This document shows positions 24,791-39,786 of a stretch of DNA of 64,000 bases, piece after piece (within the stretch, counting starts at the first letter, position 1; each line of letters begins with the position of its first letter). The position numbers were made by a program, and so were the translations under genes. This DNA is from Octopus vulgaris (Eukaryota), in NCBI GenBank assembly GCA_951406725.2, contig OX597830.1, forward strand, positions 37,324,001-37,388,000. The letters are read 5' to 3'. Under the pieces are notes generated by a model. That model was not told the origin of the DNA and did not search any database. It saw only the letters and a list, made by a program, of their open reading frames with translations.

Positions 24791-25291
24791 GGTATGCATA
24801 TTCCGATAGTACCACGCATACTGGTACATACGTATACATATATACACATACACACACTCACTCATATATATTTGTATATACATATACACGTACATATACA
24901 TACCCACACACAGACACACACACACCTATTTATGAATATATATATATACGTACATATACCCACATACATATACATACATACATACACAAATATACATGCA
25001 CACACGTTTACATATATGTAATATGTTGATGCGAAGAAGATAACATGAACTCAAAATATGAATGTATGTATATTTTCATTAAATTCTATGATCTTGAGTT
25101 ACTCTTTTTTCCCTTAAGTATATATATATATATATAAATGGATGAACAAATTATCCTTTATTTTGCGTTAACATGGAAAATTCAATAAACAGTTACCAGG
25201 GTAGCAAAATTCACGCAAGTAACAAGCCTGTAGCGACCTATTCAAAGGTAGACACTCCGGGTTAATGTGCAGTAATTTGTATAGTATTTTC

Positions 25292-25367
<76 letters not shown>

Positions 25368-26541
25368 TGTAGTATATTTTCCACCTAAATGTGGCGGTCC
25401 CATAAATAGTGGGGCGATGCTACTGTTGTTTATAGCTTCTCGAAAAGATTTATGGAGTAAGTGTAGTTAATTTTTCTTCGAGGAGATAAATAAATGTCTG
25501 GCAAGGTATTGATGTAAATATTTTGATCGAATACCTGGCGTTCTTATCCAGTCTTTGATGCACCCCATCCCCAAACATTTAATGTTTTGTGTGTGTATGT
25601 GTGTATGCGTTACATTGATGAAAATTTCTGAATGCTTTATCACATATTACTTATCTGTTACATATTTGTTACTACACAATCGAACGACCTCCAATCTACA
25701 GTAGATGTTGAACACGATTCCAGGTTTTCTATCACTGTGATATTGCGCCAAGAATGATGTAGAAAATCGTTTACAAAAAGAATGATTTTCCACGGAAGAA
25801 TGTGTGCATGATGAAGAAAGAACCCTTGAAAGTCCGATACAGAATAGCCACACTGACGTCGTTTTTCGGTTTAGCAACAGTGTAACTCTTTCTGCATCAG
25901 CAGAAACGTTGATGCCTTCTATGCACACATTCACTCCGACATCGTAACAGTGGCAAGGACAGCATCGTTTCGAAAGAATTCAGTAGCTTTTCCGTCATCC
26001 TCAAAAAATTCACGGATGCAAGTATAATACTTTATAAGTACAACTACCAGAAGATATTGTTAACCTCTGGAGACAGCTCTGCAAATGCAGCTTTCTTATT
26101 TTTATGATTCTGATCCCTCTCTCTCTCTCTTTCGAATACACAGATGCTACTATGGAAGGGAAAATAAATGATCATTTTTTCTTAAACACACAAGATATAG
26201 TCTGTAAATTAGTATGTTTTTAAAAGGTACAATATTTTATCATCAGAATATATTTTCTCACACAACAATTGAGATATATTTTATTTTCAATCACTTCTTT
26301 TTAGAGAGAAAACGTTTATTCCCCCCCAACCCTCACATACAAAGAAAAAGAAAGCCAATTCGATTTGAGCGGGATTATCCAAATCGAATCGAAATATTTT
26401 TCTACATCCTGAAATCTTTAGTCGAGAATAAGTTTCTATTTTGTTGGGATTAATCTAATGATTTGTCAGCAAGGTATGTAATAAGTATTTTCTTGTCAAC
26501 ATATACATACGCACTCTTATATATATGTATGTATGTATGTA

Positions 26542-26621
<80 letters not shown>

Positions 26622-26703
26622 TACTAACACATTTCGTAGACTACGACTTCAGAAAAATATATTTAGCATCAAGTATATACAATATAAAAGTTAACATATT
26701 AAT

Positions 26704-27235
26704 TCACATAGTACCATCTGGTAAATTTCTGAGGGTTCCAGCGCCCGTTTTCCAGACACCAAAAAAGGGCTTGTGGCATATCAGGAGGTCAACATATTTC
26801 GTACAACGAAAGAACAATATTTCAAATGCTTCCCTGATGGGGGTGGGGAGCCTTTTATCCGGTTTTCCACTCATCACCATTTTTCCGAACAACAATACGG
26901 AATTTGCAGCATACTCGGGGGTTAGGGTATTTGATTCCACGCAAACAAACGAGGCTTTGTTTTCTTCGTGAAACTCGTGCGGGTGTACTTCACAAAATTT
27001 ACCGGAAGCTAACTGCACTACTTACTGTAGTATTCTACAGAGGCCTGGCAGTGCATATAAGGTAAAGCGGCAAGCAAACCGTGAAGGGAGTGAAGCCCGG
27101 TGGACGGACTATATCAAGGCGGGGTCAGATCGACATAGACATATCCTAGCAGCTGGTGTGGGCGGATCAAACGTTTGCCGATCGGTCACATCCGAACCCA
27201 GCTTGCATGCACGCCGAGTGGATGGAGAGGACCAG
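26704..27235 (-). mobile_element. Probable 5' region/ORF1 start of a non-LTR retroelement
   Basis: GC-rich island with a 104-aa open minus frame (EYAANSVLLFGK..PDKRLPTPIREAFEILF) abutting (ATCT)n. No diagnostic motif. Confidence 0.3.
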
Positions 27236-27236
27236 A

Positions 27237-27310
<74 letters not shown>

Positions 27311-27328
27311 GTCTGTCTGTCTGTCTGT
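27236..27328. repeat. (ATCT)n/(GTCT)n microsatellite
   Basis: Directly visible. Confidence 0.95.
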
Positions 27329-27545
27329 CATGTGGAGTCATTGGTTCCCTTTTCAATCCTCAAGTAAAGAATATCTATCAACCATTGCGGAATTAAGCAC
27401 TCATCATTCCCAACCGTGTATATATATAATATATATTAGAGATAAAACCACTATTATGCATTACATTTTATATATTTATAATGCGAAATTTGATTTAATG
27501 CTAAATTGAATTCTTGCCTGTAAATTTCGAGTAATCCTCCCTAAT

Positions 27546-27588
27546 ATCATCATCATCCTCCTCCTCATCATCATCATCATTATCATCA

Positions 27589-27649
<61 letters not shown>

Positions 27650-27663
27650 TATTATTATTATTA

Positions 27664-27757
<94 letters not shown>

Positions 27758-27765
27758 CATTATTA
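27546..27765. repeat. (ATC)n/(ATT)n microsatellite at a SINE tail
   Basis: Directly visible; source of the poly-I/poly-N ORFs. Confidence 0.95.
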
Positions 27766-27788
27766 TCTCTTTTCTCTCTTTTATTCTC

Positions 27789-28200
27789 TCTTTTACTTGT
27801 TTCAGTCACGTGACTGTGGCCATGCTGGAGCACCGCCTTTAGTCGATCAAATCGATCCCAGGACTTATTCTTTGTAAGCCTAGTACTTATTTTATCGGTC
27901 TCTTTTTGCCGAACCGCTAAGTTACGGGGACGTAAACACACCAGCATCGGTTGTCAAGCAATGCTAGGGGGACAAACACAGACACACAAACATACATGCA
28001 CACATATATATATATACATATATACATATATACGACGGGCTTCTTTCAGTTTCCATCTACCAAATCCACTCACAAGGTCGGGCTCTGGTCGGCCCGAGGC
28101 TATAGTAGAAGACACTTGCCCAAGGTGCCACGCAGTGGGACTGAACCCGGAACCATGTGGTTGGTAAGCAAGCTACGTACCACGCAGCCACTCCTGCGCC
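27789..28200 (-). mobile_element. Full-length tRNA-derived SINE family A
   Basis: Minus head GGCGCAGGAGTGGCTGCGTGG (A box)..GGGTTCAGTCCC (B box); internal microsatellite; tail GACTGAAACAAGTAAAAG. Confidence 0.9.
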
Positions 28201-29814
28201 TTTATTATATATTAAAATAGAAAATAAAAATGCAGAAGACTTGGCATCGCTCGAAATTGGTTTAATTGAAATAGTGCGTTTGAAAAAATGATAAACTTCC
28301 TTACAGCTGTTTGTAGAAGGGCCAAACATGTAGAACATGATATCCAGGAAGGTTTCCATATATGATGTGAGAGAGATATAAGAAAGTATAGAAATGGAGA
28401 ATATCCCTAATCAAGGATATTAATACTTTCCAACTCGCCGAGAAATGAAGCAGGCAATAGATTGTAAAGTAAGTGTGTTTCATAGTTCTATGATCAAAGA
28501 TCAAATATGCTTTTCGGGTGGTACAAATAATTTGCTTTTCATTTACTATTTCACTGAACACAGGATACGTGTCTCATCGCTTGGATCTCTGTTAGTAGCT
28601 AAATTTTTCTTGGTGTTATATAAATTATGTAGTTATTGAATTCATATGCAGCCAATAAAATGCACTTGGTGATATATTACCCCTATCATGTTCGATCTGT
28701 GGTACAGAGGTATTGAATCGTTAATCGATCTGGAAGTTCTTCATTTAATATCGTGTTATATTTTCTGATAGAAATGATATTTGAAATATTTTTTTCTCAT
28801 AGCATTTTTTCTTTTAACTAAATATATTTATACATGGGATTATGGACTGAAGTTCTATGTTTAGTAGGAATATAAAATATAATATTTTGGGGCTCATTTT
28901 ATTTTCTTAATACAAATACAAATATGATTATTCTCTGGTTTCTTTGCACACAGTAACGACATTAAAATTCCAGTTTCTTACATATTATCGCGCAAAACTT
29001 CTTGCATAAATATCTGTACGAAGCATTCTGTTCTGCTGTAATAATATTAAAAAAGAAATAATGAAGATTTACGAGTTGACAGCTAAGTGCAATAAAAATT
29101 GAAATTGAGTTAAAAATGTTGAATATCCTATGGTAAATAAGTAGCTTGCACGAGTTTTTTTCATCTACACATGGCAGTTTGCTTCTGTAATGATATTTGC
29201 ATTAGTTTTATAGTTATAAATCAAGAAAACTAAATGCATAGAAACCTTTTTAATACCCGTGTATTAGTTTTTTTTAGTGGTGGTGATTATATTTGAAAAT
29301 GTATTTTGTAACGCAGATATTTTGTTCTAGGTATTAAGAAAAGTCTTAAAGACATCGATGCAAGTTATATAATTTAGTCATAGACTGCAACGAACCCAAT
29401 TATCATGAGCGAATATGAAGTGAATAGCTTCAGATAATATCGGGAAATTTGTAGCGTGAATTATCAAGCAGAAATATTTTTGCCTTAAAGTCGAAAGAGG
29501 TATTCACTCGTATGTCATTAAGACAGTCATAAAAACGCAATCACGTGTCCATAACGCATGTAAATACAAGCACAGAACGCATCAAGTGAGGAAGCCCATT
29601 GCACCTCTCCCTCTCCGTCACTCTCATTTCAATACAATTTTTGATAAAAATTTGTGGCCCTGAATTATTTTTGTTTAGTATAAAATTGCTTTGAAAATTT
29701 ATACACTCTTTCCTTCTAGATGCTTATTATTTCAATCTAATACCTTTCTCTCACAAGAATTCAATTATTCTAATTTTGCCATATTTTCCAGTGTTAGGTA
29801 AACATTAAATATTG

Positions 29815-30024
29815 GTTTCAAATTTTGGCACAAGGCCTGCAATTTCAGAGCAGAGATTAAATAGATTACATCAACCTCGGTGCTCAATTGGTATTTCTTT
29901 TATCAACCCCGGAAAGACGAAAGGTAAAGTTGTCCCCGGCGGAATTTCAGTGCAGAACGTAAAGACGGACGAAATGCTGCTGATCATTTTGTCCGGAATG
30001 CTAACGATTCTGCCAGTTCTTCGC
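29815..30024 (-). mobile_element. SINE family B
   Basis: GGCGGAATTT..CAGAACGTAAAGACGGACGAAATGC..GCTAACGATTCTGCCAG. Confidence 0.75.
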
Positions 30025-30274
30025 ATAAGGTAATCATTAAATATTAAAGTGGTGTTTTATATGCTGATATTATTAAAATTCCAAAGTATTTAGAAATAGT
30101 CCAAGCAGTAGCATAAAGCTCAATGACTCATTGGTATAGCATCTAGTAGACCATGTAAGCAAAGATCTTGAAGGGAAAATATATATAATATTATCTCTGA
30201 GAAGTTCTGCATCCATAATATACCTATGCCTTAGGTCTACTTTTGTAATATTTATCAGGAAAATATTTATATTA

Positions 30275-30678
30275 GGCGTAGGAGTGGCTGTGTGGTAATT
30301 AGCTTGCTTACGAACCACATGGTTCCGAGTTCAGTCCCACTGCTTGGCACCTTCAACTATTGCCTCAGGCCGACCAAAGCCTTGTGAGTGGATTTGGTAG
30401 ACAGAAACTGAAAGAAGCCCGTCGTCTATATGTATATATATATGTATATAAATGTATGTGTGTGTGTATGTTTGTGTGTCTGTGTTTGTCCTCCCAACAT
30501 CGCTTGACAACCGATGCTGGTGTGTTTACATGCCCGTAACTTAGCGGTTCGGCTAAAGAGATCGATAGAATAAGTACTAGTCTTATAAAGAATAAGTTCC
30601 AGGGTCTATTTGTTCCACTAAAGGCGGTGCTCCAACATGGCCACAGTCACATGACTGAAACAAGTAAAATAGTAAAAG
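30275..30678 (+). mobile_element. Near full-length SINE family A
   Basis: GGCGTAGGAGTGGCTGTGTGG..GAGTTCAGTCCC..GACTGAAACAAGTAAAA. Confidence 0.9.
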
Positions 30679-31208
30679 AATATATTTTATATCTGTTGGA
30701 AGGTTTTCTAAATGTTTTTTACAGACATATCTTCAGTTAAAATAGTAATTTGACACGTTAGTTTGGAATCAGAATGTTTTGTATAACATTTATTTTTATC
30801 ACATACAATACATTGGTTCCAAATATACAGTATACAATGCACAATATGCTACACACATACACACACGCGCGAAGGCACACACACACGCACACACACAAGC
30901 ATACATACACGCACACATACATATATGCAATATAATATAATATTTTTGCTTTATCCATTTCATGAATTGATATGTAAATTGAGAAGTATTTTATTTGCGT
31001 CTTGAGAGAAGTTTCTCTCTGTAACTAAATCCATTTCTGATTGTGCTCTTTGTCCATATCATAAACTGATATATGCATCTAGATTATATTTTTATTTGCA
31101 CCTTGACAGTAATGTTTTCTCTCTCCCCTGCCTTATATACACATATACATCATTACACATACACGCACATACACATACACACATATACACACGCACACAC
31201 ACATACAT

Positions 31209-31300
<92 letters not shown>

Positions 31301-31460
31301 ACAATATACTTCATGTATACACATTGTTAACATGATAGTTACTACAATACTTATCCTGAAATATCTCCTATGGTCTTGCTGTGGTAAAATATACAATAAG
31401 TATTAGAGGGTGAGAGAGAGGAAAAGAGAGCGAACTTCATTCCAGATATATTTATATGTA

Positions 31461-31565
31461 CAGAAATCCCTCACCATATCGCGGTTCACCTATCACGGTT
31501 TATTATTTAAGCTTACGTCGGTTCCCCTGTGTTGTTTTGCATTTATAATAAAATAAATATATACA

Positions 31566-31610
<45 letters not shown>

Positions 31611-31719
31611 AATAATAAAAATATACAATTCAGTACTGTTTCTACTTCGCCGTTTTTACCTATCGCGTGGGGGTGTGTGGCTTTGGGTCGTAACACATGC
31701 GATAGTCGAGGGCTTACTG
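31461..31719. mobile_element. Tc1/mariner-superfamily (pogo/Tigger-like) MITE
   Basis: Imperfect TIRs CAGAAATCCCTCACCATATCGC / GCGATAGTCGAGGGCTTACTG, TA on both sides, internal (AAT)n. Confidence 0.75.
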
Positions 31720-31866
31720 TATATGTATATACTTCGATTCATATATAGGTCTTTTTACTTATAAGTATCTACAATGAATGACGCACACATATGCAGACAC
31801 ATGCTCACACTCATTTTTATATACATTGGACCCCTACATAAATATCGTCGTGTCGTTAGTATGAGA

Positions 31867-32208
31867 TTATTATCTCCGCCTTAGCAAAGGCGGAGGTATT
31901 GTTTACAGTCGTGATTGTTTGTTTGTTTGTCCGTGGACAAGATATCTCAAGAACCGCTGGATAGATTCGGATGAAACTGTCAAAGATGTTTGGTCTGGCG
32001 ACTGGCACGAACTGATTATATTTTGGGATCGATCCCCGGTATTTTTGATTAAATTTTGAGAGCGGTCGGATTCATTTTTAGTATTCTCATTTGAGAGAGC
32101 AGTCGAGTATATATCAGATATTCTATTTTAAAAATCATCTCCGGCTAATCGTTGAGATGGCGGTGGTGTCACCTTGGCGGAGGTTTGTGCTCTCTGAGTG
32201 CTCTTGTT
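31867..32208 (+). mobile_element. Non-autonomous Helentron-type (HINE/DINE-like) element
   Basis: 5' CTCCGCCTT..AAGGCGGAG hairpin, (GTTT)n, 3' subterminal GGCGGAG plus hairpin GTGCTCTCTGAGTGC, T-rich ends. Confidence 0.7.
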
Positions 32209-32867
32209 TCAATTACATCTAGAAAACTGCAAATACGATCCTCATTGGTATGTTTCTACAAATTAGCATGTGCTACTTCACTGAATTCTGTGTCATTCTC
32301 AGGGAAGACTGAGTAGTTTAGAATTGCCTTTGTATCCTTTATGGTACGGTAATTTAAAATTATGTACTGGTTTCGAAGATGTTAGAAATATTAGCACCAG
32401 GACTACAGAAAGTTATTAGAAAGAAGCAACGGAGAAGCCAGACATATTTGCCTAAACTGCTCTTAATTGTTTCTGATCTACGCACAAAGTTAGCCATTTT
32501 TAAGGCAAGGGAGGCAGAGTATATCATGGATCTTTGAGCAGGATTGCTGAAAGGCGAAGCTAACTGCAAGGGAATTAGAACTTAGAACGTAAAGAAATGA
32601 AGAAATATCGAAAATCTTCTCTTCCTACGTTTAAGGATGTCGCTTGTTTGCTGCTACATTTAAAATAAAGAAAAGAAAAAATAGCGAAATCTCCTTAATA
32701 TAACTCGCTGTAGTCTACACAACGAAAATCTAAAGGGGTAATTAATTTATGAATGTGATGATCCTTGCAGAAGGGCATTCGAAACTAATTCTCTTCGATT
32801 TCATGATGATATATGGTTAAAGTATAGCAATTATTTTTACCGCATTCGGTGTTGTTTTGTTATTATT

Positions 32868-32946
<79 letters not shown>

Positions 32947-33007
32947 CAAATCCGTCTAATTTCGGAATATGCAATCAATACTTTCGGAATATCCAATCAA
33001 TACAAAA

Positions 33008-33225
33008 GCAGCAAGTTGGCAGAATAGTTAGCACACTGGAGAAAGTGCTTAGCGGTATTTCGCTCGCCGCTACGTTTTGAGTTCAAATACCACCTAGATC
33101 GGCGTTGCCTTTCAACCTTTCGGGGTCGATAAAACAAGTACCAGTGAAACACTGGGGTAGATGTAATCGTCTAGTCTCCCCCTCCGCAATTTCAGGGCTT
33201 GTGCCTATAGGGGAAAGGATCTCCT
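33008..33225 (+). mobile_element. SINE family B
   Basis: TTGGCAGAATAGTTAGCAC..GAGTTCAAAT..GCCTTTCAACCTTTCGGGGTCGATAAA. Confidence 0.8.
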
Positions 33226-33543
33226 TAATAATACTTTTGCCACCACCACAAATCCGTCTAATTTCGAAATATTCAGTCAATACTTTCGACGGAGCCAGTG
33301 ATGTTTCTGAATCAACAACACTACGTTAATAAATTTAAGCATTCGTTAATCCTATGTCACCATCATTAATAGACACTGTTATTATGAGCTATCCAATCAA
33401 AGTCTACTTTAGACTTTAATGTTCCAGAAATAGCAACTAATTTTTTATTTAATACTATCCTTCCTATAGCCTTTATAAAAAATTAAGCGCATGGTTAATT
33501 AAGAATGAAGTACATATATAAAGCGGTCTATATGTGATATGTG

Positions 33544-33838
33544 GAGGGACATGGCCTAGTGGTTAGAGCAGCGGACTCACGGCCGAGGGATCGTGGGCTC
33601 GAATCTCAGACCGGGTGATGTATATTTATGAGCGAAAAAACCTAAGCTCCACGCGGCTCCGGCAGAAGGTAATGGCGAACTTCTGCTGACTCTTGTACCA
33701 CAACTGTCTCTCACTCTTTCCTCCTGCATCTTGCAGCTCACCTGCGACGGACCGGCGTCCCGTCCAGGTGAGGAACCTATACGCCAAGGAAACTGGAAAG
33801 CCGGCCCTAATGAGCCAGGCGTGGATCGAGAAGGAACA
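33544..33838 (+). mobile_element. tRNA-derived SINE family C
   Basis: TGGCCTAGTGG (A box), GGCTCGAATCTC (B box); TSD-like ATATGTGATAT on both sides. Confidence 0.85.
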
Positions 33839-34403
33839 CACATATGTGATATAAGTTTCCATCGTATCTGTTATATGATCGAATCCTGCTTCATTATCAA
33901 CAATCTGAAGGTAAACTAATTGCTAAAAACGTATAAACTTTGAAACATTTTAGAACGTTTCATGTTAATCAGTTCTTTCTGGAAGCAGAAATGAAACGGG
34001 TTTGGTTTGACTATTTTAGGTTGTGAGAATATATTAGAATGGGATAATAAGCCTAAATCAAAGACAGCCCTATGAACAAGATTTTTTATTTTTGTTAATA
34101 TTTCTGATGTAATTTGAACGCAAAATGTCTACATTCATACTGTATCTCATTTCCTCTGAGTAAGATTCCAACAATCTACGACGTCATGTTTTAAATAAAT
34201 GTTTTATGAGTTTTAAGAAATACAAGCTTGTTGGTCAAGAGTGAAATGCCTTTGATCAGGAATTAGTTGGTAATAAACAACAGCACTAAATCACCATCAA
34301 TCTATAACTGATATTCTTAAATCCGAGTTGACCAAAAGAAGCTTCTTTGGCAGTAGGCATATGGTCAACAATCTTTTTTATGTATATTCTAAGAAATTGT
34401 ATA

Positions 34404-34545
34404 TGCATGGCCATGCGGTAAGAAGTTCATTCCCAATCACATGTTTCTGAGTTCACTCCCATTGCATGTCACTTTGGGAACTGCAACCTCGGGAAGACGA
34501 AAGCCTTGTGAGCGATTTTGGTAGACGAGAACTGAAAAAAGTCGG

Positions 34546-34605
<60 letters not shown>

Positions 34606-34850
34606 TTGTGTGTATGTGTAGGTATGTGTCAAACCCTATGTGTCTGTCCCCCACAAGCGCTTGAGAGCCGATGTTGGTGTTTACGTTCCTGTAACCAAGC
34701 GGTTCGGTAAAATACACTGATAGAATAAGTAACAGGCTAACAACCAAAAAAAAAAAGTACTGGGTTTGATTCGTCGATAAAAGGTTCTTGAAGGCATTCA
34801 TTCCAGCATGGCCGTAATTTAATGATCGGAGGAACAAAAAGATAAAAGAT
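34404..34850 (+). mobile_element. Decayed SINE family A
   Basis: AAAGCCTTGTGAGCGATTTTGGTAGACG..GCGGTTCGG..GATAGAATAAGTA..CCAGCATGGCCG. Confidence 0.75.
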
Positions 34851-35400
34851 AATGAGACTGATGATGATTATAAAATTTGAAACTATAAAAATATAAGACT
34901 TCGTCCCAGTAAACAACGTTACATAACGTGATTGTCAACGGGGAAACATTATTCTAGATATTAAATGCATCTCCGAAGAAACGCAACGAGACAATAAAAA
35001 CCCCCAGTACTCTAATTACTTGCAAAGCAAGAAGAATCACCATTTCATTGTGTGTAATGCATACTATCTTCAACAGGATCATTATTGTTAGCCCACACCT
35101 CTTGTTTGCGGTAATTACAATTATATTGCCTTTACTAGAAAGCAAACGCAAAGGGAGAAGTAGAAGAAGAAAAGGAAAAAAAAAACAAAACAAAAACAAA
35201 CAATTCAAACCTTAATATTGTGGCATTACAATTTCATTTAGAGTATGCTTAATGAAATGGAAACCTGAATAACAAAATGCATATGCGCATTATTGACTAT
35301 AATTGAGTTCAGTCGACATTTTGACTGCAGGCTTAACTGCTAATAGAAAACGCATCCAGAGGAAAATCCAAACTAATCTACCATTACAAGCGAGCCTCTC

Positions 35401-35410
35401 ATTATTATCA

Positions 35411-35499
<89 letters not shown>

Positions 35500-35509
35500 A
35501 TTATTATTA

Positions 35510-35578
<69 letters not shown>

Positions 35579-35637
35579 GCATTATTATTATTATTTCAAA
35601 TCCAACTCTCTCTCTCTCTCTCGCTCTCTCTTTATAC

Positions 35638-35684
<47 letters not shown>

Positions 35685-35697
35685 TGCGTGTGTGTTT
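35401..35697. repeat. Compound (ATT)n-(CT)n-(GT)n microsatellite
   Basis: Directly visible; source of the poly-L ORF. Confidence 0.95.
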
Positions 35698-35958
35698 GAA
35701 TATCACATTTCAGGACATAAAACCAGCCTTCTGGGATGAATCAACAATGCTCCTAACTATAAAATATGTAGAAAACATTCGCCAATCTCAATTCACCAGG
35801 TGTGTTTCAATCTTAAATAGAAATTAAATGTATCAGTAATATGTATTTTGTGTATGTGTCAATAGACAAATAGAAAAAACTGAAAAAATCTTCCTCACTA
35901 CATAATTCGTTACATGCTGGTTAATTAATTATCTATACACATACAAGCACTCATTTAA

Positions 35959-35999
<41 letters not shown>

Positions 36000-36478
36000 T
36001 GTATGTATGATTTTGTATGCATCTGCGAATATAAATGTATCACATGATATTAATTCGTGAAACTGAGGCATTTATTTACCAAGAGAGCAATCTAATTAAA
36101 CTAGTGGACACAATGCCCAAAATATACGCAAAGTTACTAAGCATAAGGACAAAACAATATTAAATAAAAAAATAAATATGTACAAGAAAGCTAAAATTAT
36201 GTCTATTTATGTGCAACATTTAACTCGCACATTTGATTAGAAAACTAATAAAAAATCACTCTCACTGTGTTTCAGTTGCATTTCTTTACATGAGCGTTAA
36301 TTACTTAATTTTGTGTAATCAGGACCATCCATATACATATATATAGAAATGTAAGAAATGATAACTGAAGAAGAGAAGGCAGGGTTGGGGGATGATTTTA
36401 ATAAGATCAAGGATTATATTGCGAGGTATTTCGAGTACCTATATTCGTCACCCATTCTCTCTCACTCCCCTCTCTCTC

Positions 36479-36527
<49 letters not shown>

Positions 36528-36588
36528 CAGAGAGAGAGGGGGGAGAGCGAGATATATATATATATACACACATATGCATATATATATG

Positions 36589-36639
<51 letters not shown>

Positions 36640-37239
36640 TATGTATGTATGTATGTATATGTATATGCATGTCTGTGTGTGCGCGCGCGCTGGTGTGTTA
36701 CGTATATATATTGTTACGTATATATATTGTTCAGAATGTTAGAACGGTTAGAATTCTGAATAACTATTTGAAATATTATTCTATTCCGAAATGCTATGAT
36801 TTGTACTCAACAACATATTTATTGCATACATTTATGTATGAATGTATGTACGTATGTTTGTATACATGAATGTATGCATGTATGTAAATATGTCGGTATG
36901 GATGTGCATATTTGTATGTTTTGTATATGCATTCTCAGTTTCATTTCAAGATTTCTTGCCAGTAGCGGCAGAGCTGAGTTTGAACATTGATCCAAGGCTC
37001 CTCGTTGGAATTTCAACATCAACAACATGTATACATGTATATATGTATATGTGCAGATTTGTATGTTTTGTTTTATGCATGCAGTCTTCGAATTAGCTTT
37101 CTGTCTTCTGGTTTTGAGAATCCTAATTTTTCAAGATCGGAATTTAGGCAGTATGTTACATATTCCAGTGCCCCACCATACTGTTGTTTTTTTATTTCCT
37201 TCTACGTGTGATTATCCCTCAGATGGATCTCGTTACGCA

Positions 37240-37910
37240 ATGTCCTACGTACAAAATAATGTCTCATACGGTGATGACGTTTTGAGACAATTGCTTATGT
37301 GGTGGGTGATATCTTCGGTGTTAGCTCCAAAATTCTGCATCGGTTGTCACATTTTGCTGCTTTTCCTGCATCTCTGTCCCTTTTGTGCATTAATTATTTG
37401 GTTGATACGGTGCGGTAGAGCCGAGTAACTTCTTTCAGTATGCATTTAAAGTTATCAGAGATGGAATGCTTTCCAAGTCTTATGATGATAATTTCCACAA
37501 CTGTGCACAGTTTCTCTTCTCTATCCCAAATCATTATATCAGGTCTGTTGTGCTTACATATCGTTGAGGTCTTCACTGGTACATTCCACCAGTATTCCTT
37601 TTCATTATGAGTGGATATGGCTTCTACCATATTGTGGGTTCTGATTTATTTGTCCTTGGGATTTTCCTTCCTGCGGATTCCATTACAGAGTGTCCTAGCT
37701 ACAACATTATGTATCATTGGTAGATATGATCGTGATGACATTTTCAAACAACTGCATCAGTTGTCATATTTTACGGCATTTCCTGCGTCTCTATACCTAT
37801 TCTGCATCAGGCACTTGGATGATATTCCCTGTTCCTGGTTTGCGAACGCATACCCTTCAAAATGAGAGGCAGTAATCCGGCTATTGGTAGAGGATAAACT
37901 GCTTTGATCA
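37240..37910 (-). mobile_element. R4/Dong-type LINE C-terminal remnants (two pieces)
   Basis: EGYAFANQEQ..HNVVARTL..YWWNVPVKTSTICKHNRPDIMIWD..VVEI (RLE PD-D/E motif). A second piece at ~37240-37410 has CDNRCR..EDITHHISNC (zinc knuckle). Confidence 0.8.
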
Positions 37911-37920
37911 TCATGGTACT

Positions 37921-38082
37921 TTCGAGTTCAAATTCCGCTGAGGTCGACTTTGCCTTTCAACCTTTCGGGGTCGATAACTTAATTACCAGTTACGCACTAG
38001 AGTCGATGTAATCGACTTAATACCTGTGTCTGTCCTTGTTTGTCCCCTCTATATTTAGCCCCTTATGGTTAATAAAGAAATA
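37921..38082 (+). mobile_element. SINE family B (5'-truncated)
   Basis: GAGTTCAAATTCCGCTGAGGTCGACTTTGCC..TTTAGCCCCTTATGG..TAAAGAAATA. Confidence 0.85.
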
Positions 38083-38176
38083 GGTCCTTTCTACTAACAT
38101 ATACATGCATAGTCTTTAACTCATATCGGTTCATCCTTTCATCGGGTATGTATGTATCTGTCTGTCTGTTTGCCTG

Positions 38177-38261
<85 letters not shown>

Positions 38262-38272
38262 ATGTCTGTCTG

Positions 38273-38316
<44 letters not shown>

Positions 38317-38777
38317 CCTATCTGTTTATCTATCTTAGTTTTTGTATACATATTCGTATATAAAAATAGTTTAAAATCTAAATGCGAGACCTAAAATATG
38401 GAGAAGGGACGCTAATATATATATAGACCTCGATTCTTCACCGGTATTTTACTTGATGAGCAAGCTTAAAGACAAACGACATATTTGATCTCAAATGGAT
38501 ATGTACGCAGATCATAAAATGTCGGACGTTCTAGCAGAAATCATTTTTTAAGAACGCTATAGCGCCTGTGTCACTTTATCGCCACACATTTACACGTTGT
38601 TGTTTGTCTGAGTTTTCTCAAATATCTTTCAAACTCGTCTGAATGTTAGGCGCTTTCTAGGTGTGAGTCCAATGGTCACTCTATGATTGGTCATAGCATT
38701 TAACTTCTCCAAAACAATATGTTACGGCTCAATCGTTTTAGAATGTGCTTCTTTCTTTCGGATATATGAACTATCGA

Positions 38778-38882
<105 letters not shown>

Positions 38883-38928
38883 GATATGTATATACAGGTG
38901 TGTGTGCACGCGTGTAAATGTATACATC

Positions 38929-39012
<84 letters not shown>

Positions 39013-39286
39013 CATATTTCGTAACAAATGAAACCTTCACATATTGATAGAATTATGCATGTGGATGTAATATATTTCGACATATGGGAATATCTATGTA
39101 TACGCATATATGTTTTCTAATAATGTGCCTACGCGATGAAAGGATGCATAAAATATATAAGAATATATTATCCGTTAAAGCATAATGGAACTAGCAACCT
39201 TTTGAAAAGCTTAATGGGAAGAGTAAAATTATTAAATGTAACGTCGAATTTATCTCTAAAGCATATGTCTTCACCACATGCATATG

Positions 39287-39317
<31 letters not shown>

Positions 39318-39336
39318 TGTATGTATGTATGTATAT

Positions 39337-39401
<65 letters not shown>

Positions 39402-39439
39402 TCTCTCTCCCGCTCTCTCTCTCTCTCTAACTCACTCAC

Positions 39440-39484
<45 letters not shown>

Positions 39485-39642
39485 CGGCTTATTTGCTCCG
39501 TGAAGCGCGACAGGTAACCGAAGTTCGGCACTATAATATTTGAATAGCATTTATGTATTCATGACGGCAATTTACCGAAACGTGCGTATCTTACAATAAA
39601 GAATGCAGTGCATTTTATCAATATTCTATATAAATGTGTTTG

Positions 39643-39676
<34 letters not shown>

Positions 39677-39700
39677 CAATACGTCTCCCTCTTACTCTCG

Positions 39701-39786
<86 letters not shown>

